Sequence record: MT542512
Strand: one strand, 5' to 3'
DNA length: 39,461 bases
DNA from: Escherichia phage PhiV-1
Shown: in pieces, positions 36,998-39,461 of the stretch
Layout of the letters: every line of letters starts with the position of its first letter
How positions within the stretch are numbered: the stretch's first letter is position 1
Position numbers and translations under genes: made by a program
Notes under the pieces: model-generated
What the model was told of the DNA's origin: nothing
Seen by the model: only the letters and a program-made list of their open reading frames with translations
Databases searched by the model: none

Positions 36998-38758
36998 ATG
37001 TCACAATCCCAAGAAGCTAAGAATGCGCTCATCATTGCGCAACTCAAGGGTGACTTCGTGGCCTTCCTGTTCGTCTTATGGAAGGCTCTGAACTTACCTA
37101 AACCAACCAAGTGTCAGATTGATATGGCACGAACACTCGCTAATGGAGACCACAAGAAGTTTATCCTTCAGGCGTTCCGTGGTATCGGCAAGTCCTTTAT
37201 CACCTGTGCGTTCGTTGTGTGGGTCTTATGGCGTGACCCTCAACTTAAGGTGCTCATTGTGTCTGCCTCTAAGGAACGTGCGGATGCTAACTCCATCTTC
37301 ATCAAGAACATCATCGACCTCTTACCGTTCCTCTCTGAGTTGAAACCTCGACCGGGACAGCGAGACTCCGTGATTAGCTTTGATGTTGGCTTGGCTAAAC
37401 CCGACCACTCACCTTCTGTGAAGTCTGTGGGTATTACTGGTCAGTTGACTGGTAGCCGTGCTGACATCATTATTGCAGATGACGTTGAGGTTCCCGGTAA
37501 TAGCTCTACGAGTTCTGCCCGTGAGAAGCTCTGGACGTTGGTAACTGAGTTTGCTGCATTGCTTAAGCCGCTGCCTACCTCTCGTGTTATCTACCTTGGC
37601 ACACCTCAAACCGAGATGACGCTCTACAAGGAACTTGAGGATAACAAAGGGTACAGCACAGTAATCTGGCCAGCACAGTATCCTCGTAATGATGCTGAGG
37701 CTCTCTACTATGGGGACCGCTTGGCTCCGATGCTTAAGGCTGAGTACGACGAGGGCTTTGAGTTACTCCGTGGTCAACCTACTGACCCTGTTCGATTCGA
37801 CATGGATGACCTCCGTGAACGTGAACTCGAATATGGCAAAGCTGGCTACACTCTTCAGTTCATGCTTAACCCGAACCTTAGTGATGCCGAGAAGTACCCA
37901 CTACGACTCCGTGACGCTATCGTGTGCGCTGTGGACCCTGAACGTGCCCCATTGTCTTACCAGTGGTTGCCGAACCGTCAGAACCGCAATGAGGAACTCC
38001 CTAACGTTGGTCTGAAGGGTGATGACATCCATGCGTTCCATACGTGCTCTTCTCGTACCGCTGAGTATCAGTCTAAGATTCTGGTCATTGACCCAAGTGG
38101 TCGTGGTAAGGATGAGACCGGGTATGCAGTCCTCTACTCACTGAACGGTTACATCTACCTGATGGAAGTCGGAGGGTTCCGTGGTGGCTACGATGATGCT
38201 ACCCTAGAGAAGCTCGCTAAGAAGGCCAAGCAGTGGAAGGTACAGACAGTCGTCCACGAGTCCAACTTCGGTGATGGTATGTTCGGTAAGATTTTCTCTC
38301 CGATTCTCCTGAAGCACCATAAGTGTGCCTTAGAGGAAATCCGTGCTAAGGGCATGAAGGAGATGCGAATCTGCGATACTATCGAGCCGTTGATGGGTGC
38401 ACACAAGCTGGTCATCCGTGATGAGGTCATCCGTGAGGACTACCAGACTGCCCGTGACCTTGATGGGAAACATGATGTCCGCTACAGTGCGTTCTATCAG
38501 ATGACACGTATGACCCGTGAGCGAGGCGCTGTGGCACACGATGACCGCATTGATGCTATCGCATTGGGTATCGAATATCTCCGCGAGGGGATGCTTGTGG
38601 ACAGCCGTGTAGGTGAAGAAGAGATGACCCTTGAGTTCCTTGAACACCACATGGAGAAACAGACCATTGGTGGCGACCAGATTCATAGCTTTGATGTTGG
38701 GGGTGTGGACATCTACTATGAGGATGAGGACGGAGGTTCTAGCTTCATTGAGTGGTAA
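36998..38758 (+). CDS. 19: Terminase large subunit
   Basis: 586 aa; Walker A-like GIGKSF; strong match to recalled T7 gp19. Confidence 0.98.
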
Positions 38759-38845
38759 TAGATAAGTATGCGGGAAAGGTGCATAGGTAAGCACTTAGTA
38801 CCGCTACGTTACCATCAAGTAACTTACTGATATACATGAAGAAAT

Positions 38846-38868
38846 TAATACGACTCACTATTGGGAAG
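38846..38868 (+). promoter_or_regulatory. Phage RNAP promoter (phiOR position)
   Basis: TAATACGACTCACTATTGGGAAG followed by cttaaag repeats. Confidence 0.7.
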
Positions 38869-39024
38869 GGCACCCTAAGACAACTTAAAGACACTTAAAG
38901 ACTGCATATGCAAAGTGCATACTTAGTGACTACTCTTAGAGACCCTTACAGTGAGGTATGATGGTAATAGTAATTACATCCCTACTATCAGTGTAACCAT
39001 CAAGTATAACAAGGAGGACGCTCT

Positions 39025-39180
39025 ATGCGCTTACTATCCGTGCTCAAGACACTGGCAACGCATCGAGCGACTTACAAATTTCTCGTTGTACTTGCTGCTT
39101 CCATTGGTCTCGCATCTAGTGCTGAACACATCGGTGAACTGGAGACTCTGCTTTGTTCTCTACTCACTTGTGTTCCTTAG
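39025..39180 (+). CDS. 19.5: gp19.5-like small protein
   Basis: 51 aa (below track threshold); aaggagg RBS 5 nt upstream; MRLLSVLKTLATHRATYKFLVVLAASIGLASSAEHIGELETLLCSLLTCVP. Confidence 0.45.
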   Translation: MRLLSVLKTLATHRATYKFLVVLAASIGLASSAEHIGELETLLCSLLTCVP

Positions 39181-39348
39181 ACTACTCATCGGCGCTTAGT
39201 GCGCTCTTAGTGATTATGGTCGATATACATCTTCCCTATAATCACTGTAAGAAGTCAACTCTAAGAGTATCCATTATGTAACCTCTATGGTCTACAGGGT
39301 CTCTTAGGGTCTATCACGTAGTCTCACCGCTATGCTCCCTGCGTAGCA

Positions 39349-39381
39349 CCTTATGATAGCCACTCTGTGGTGAACCTTATG
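39349..39381. repeat. Right-end CCTTATG repeat copies
   Basis: ccttatga at 39349 and 39375, same heptamer as left-end array. Confidence 0.45.
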
Positions 39382-39429
39382 AGACTTGATGTACCCTTTA
39401 AGAATCCTACAGAAAAATCTGAGTGGGTA

Positions 39430-39461
39430 TCTCATAGTTCATACAAAGTGTTTCCCCCCCC
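39430..39461. repeat. Probable physical left genome terminus / start of terminal repeat (TCTCATAGTTCA...)
   Basis: tctcatagttcatacaaagtgtttcccccccc resembles the conserved T7/T3 genome 5' terminus. Confidence 0.45.

Noticed and set aside
37119-38015. Alternate-frame + strand ORFs inside terminase gene 19 (37119-37343, 37689-38015)
   Set aside because: Embedded in another frame of a conserved gene without convincing RBS; comparable to the doubtful T7 19.2/19.3 annotations
38951-39199. 82-aa track ORF at the right end
   Set aside because: Its ATG has only 1-nt spacing to a gagg; a different frame (39025-39180) has an aaggagg RBS at proper spacing and resembles gp19.5

Overview
This window looks like an essentially complete genome (about 39.4 kb) of a T7-like lytic podophage (Autographiviridae, T7/T3 group). 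All convincing genes are on the + strand in canonical T7 order: early genes (T3-type SAM lyase 0.3, kinase 0.7, single-subunit RNA polymerase), DNA metabolism, virion and lysis genes, and terminase. Protein identifications rest on comparison with T7/T3 protein sequences recalled from memory, not on a database search. I count 17 phage-RNAP promoters with consensus TAATACGACTCACTA(A/T)TGGGAGA, three sigma70-type early promoters, six RNase III-type hairpins, an early terminator after ligase and a Tphi-like terminator after the capsid gene. The record appears to be linearised inside the terminal repeat, with the true physical left end near 39430. The most interesting loci are two unassigned 185-aa ORFs: one inserted between the spanin pair and the large terminase (36425-36982), and one membrane-anchored coiled-coil protein between the paired promoters at the replication-origin position (5724-6281). 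Other notable points are a conserved -1 frameshift site for capsid 10B, an expanded coiled-coil repeat in the tail fibre, and a gene 1.7 about half the T7 length. No tRNA, CRISPR array or transposable element was seen. Minus-strand ORFs in the track are judged spurious.
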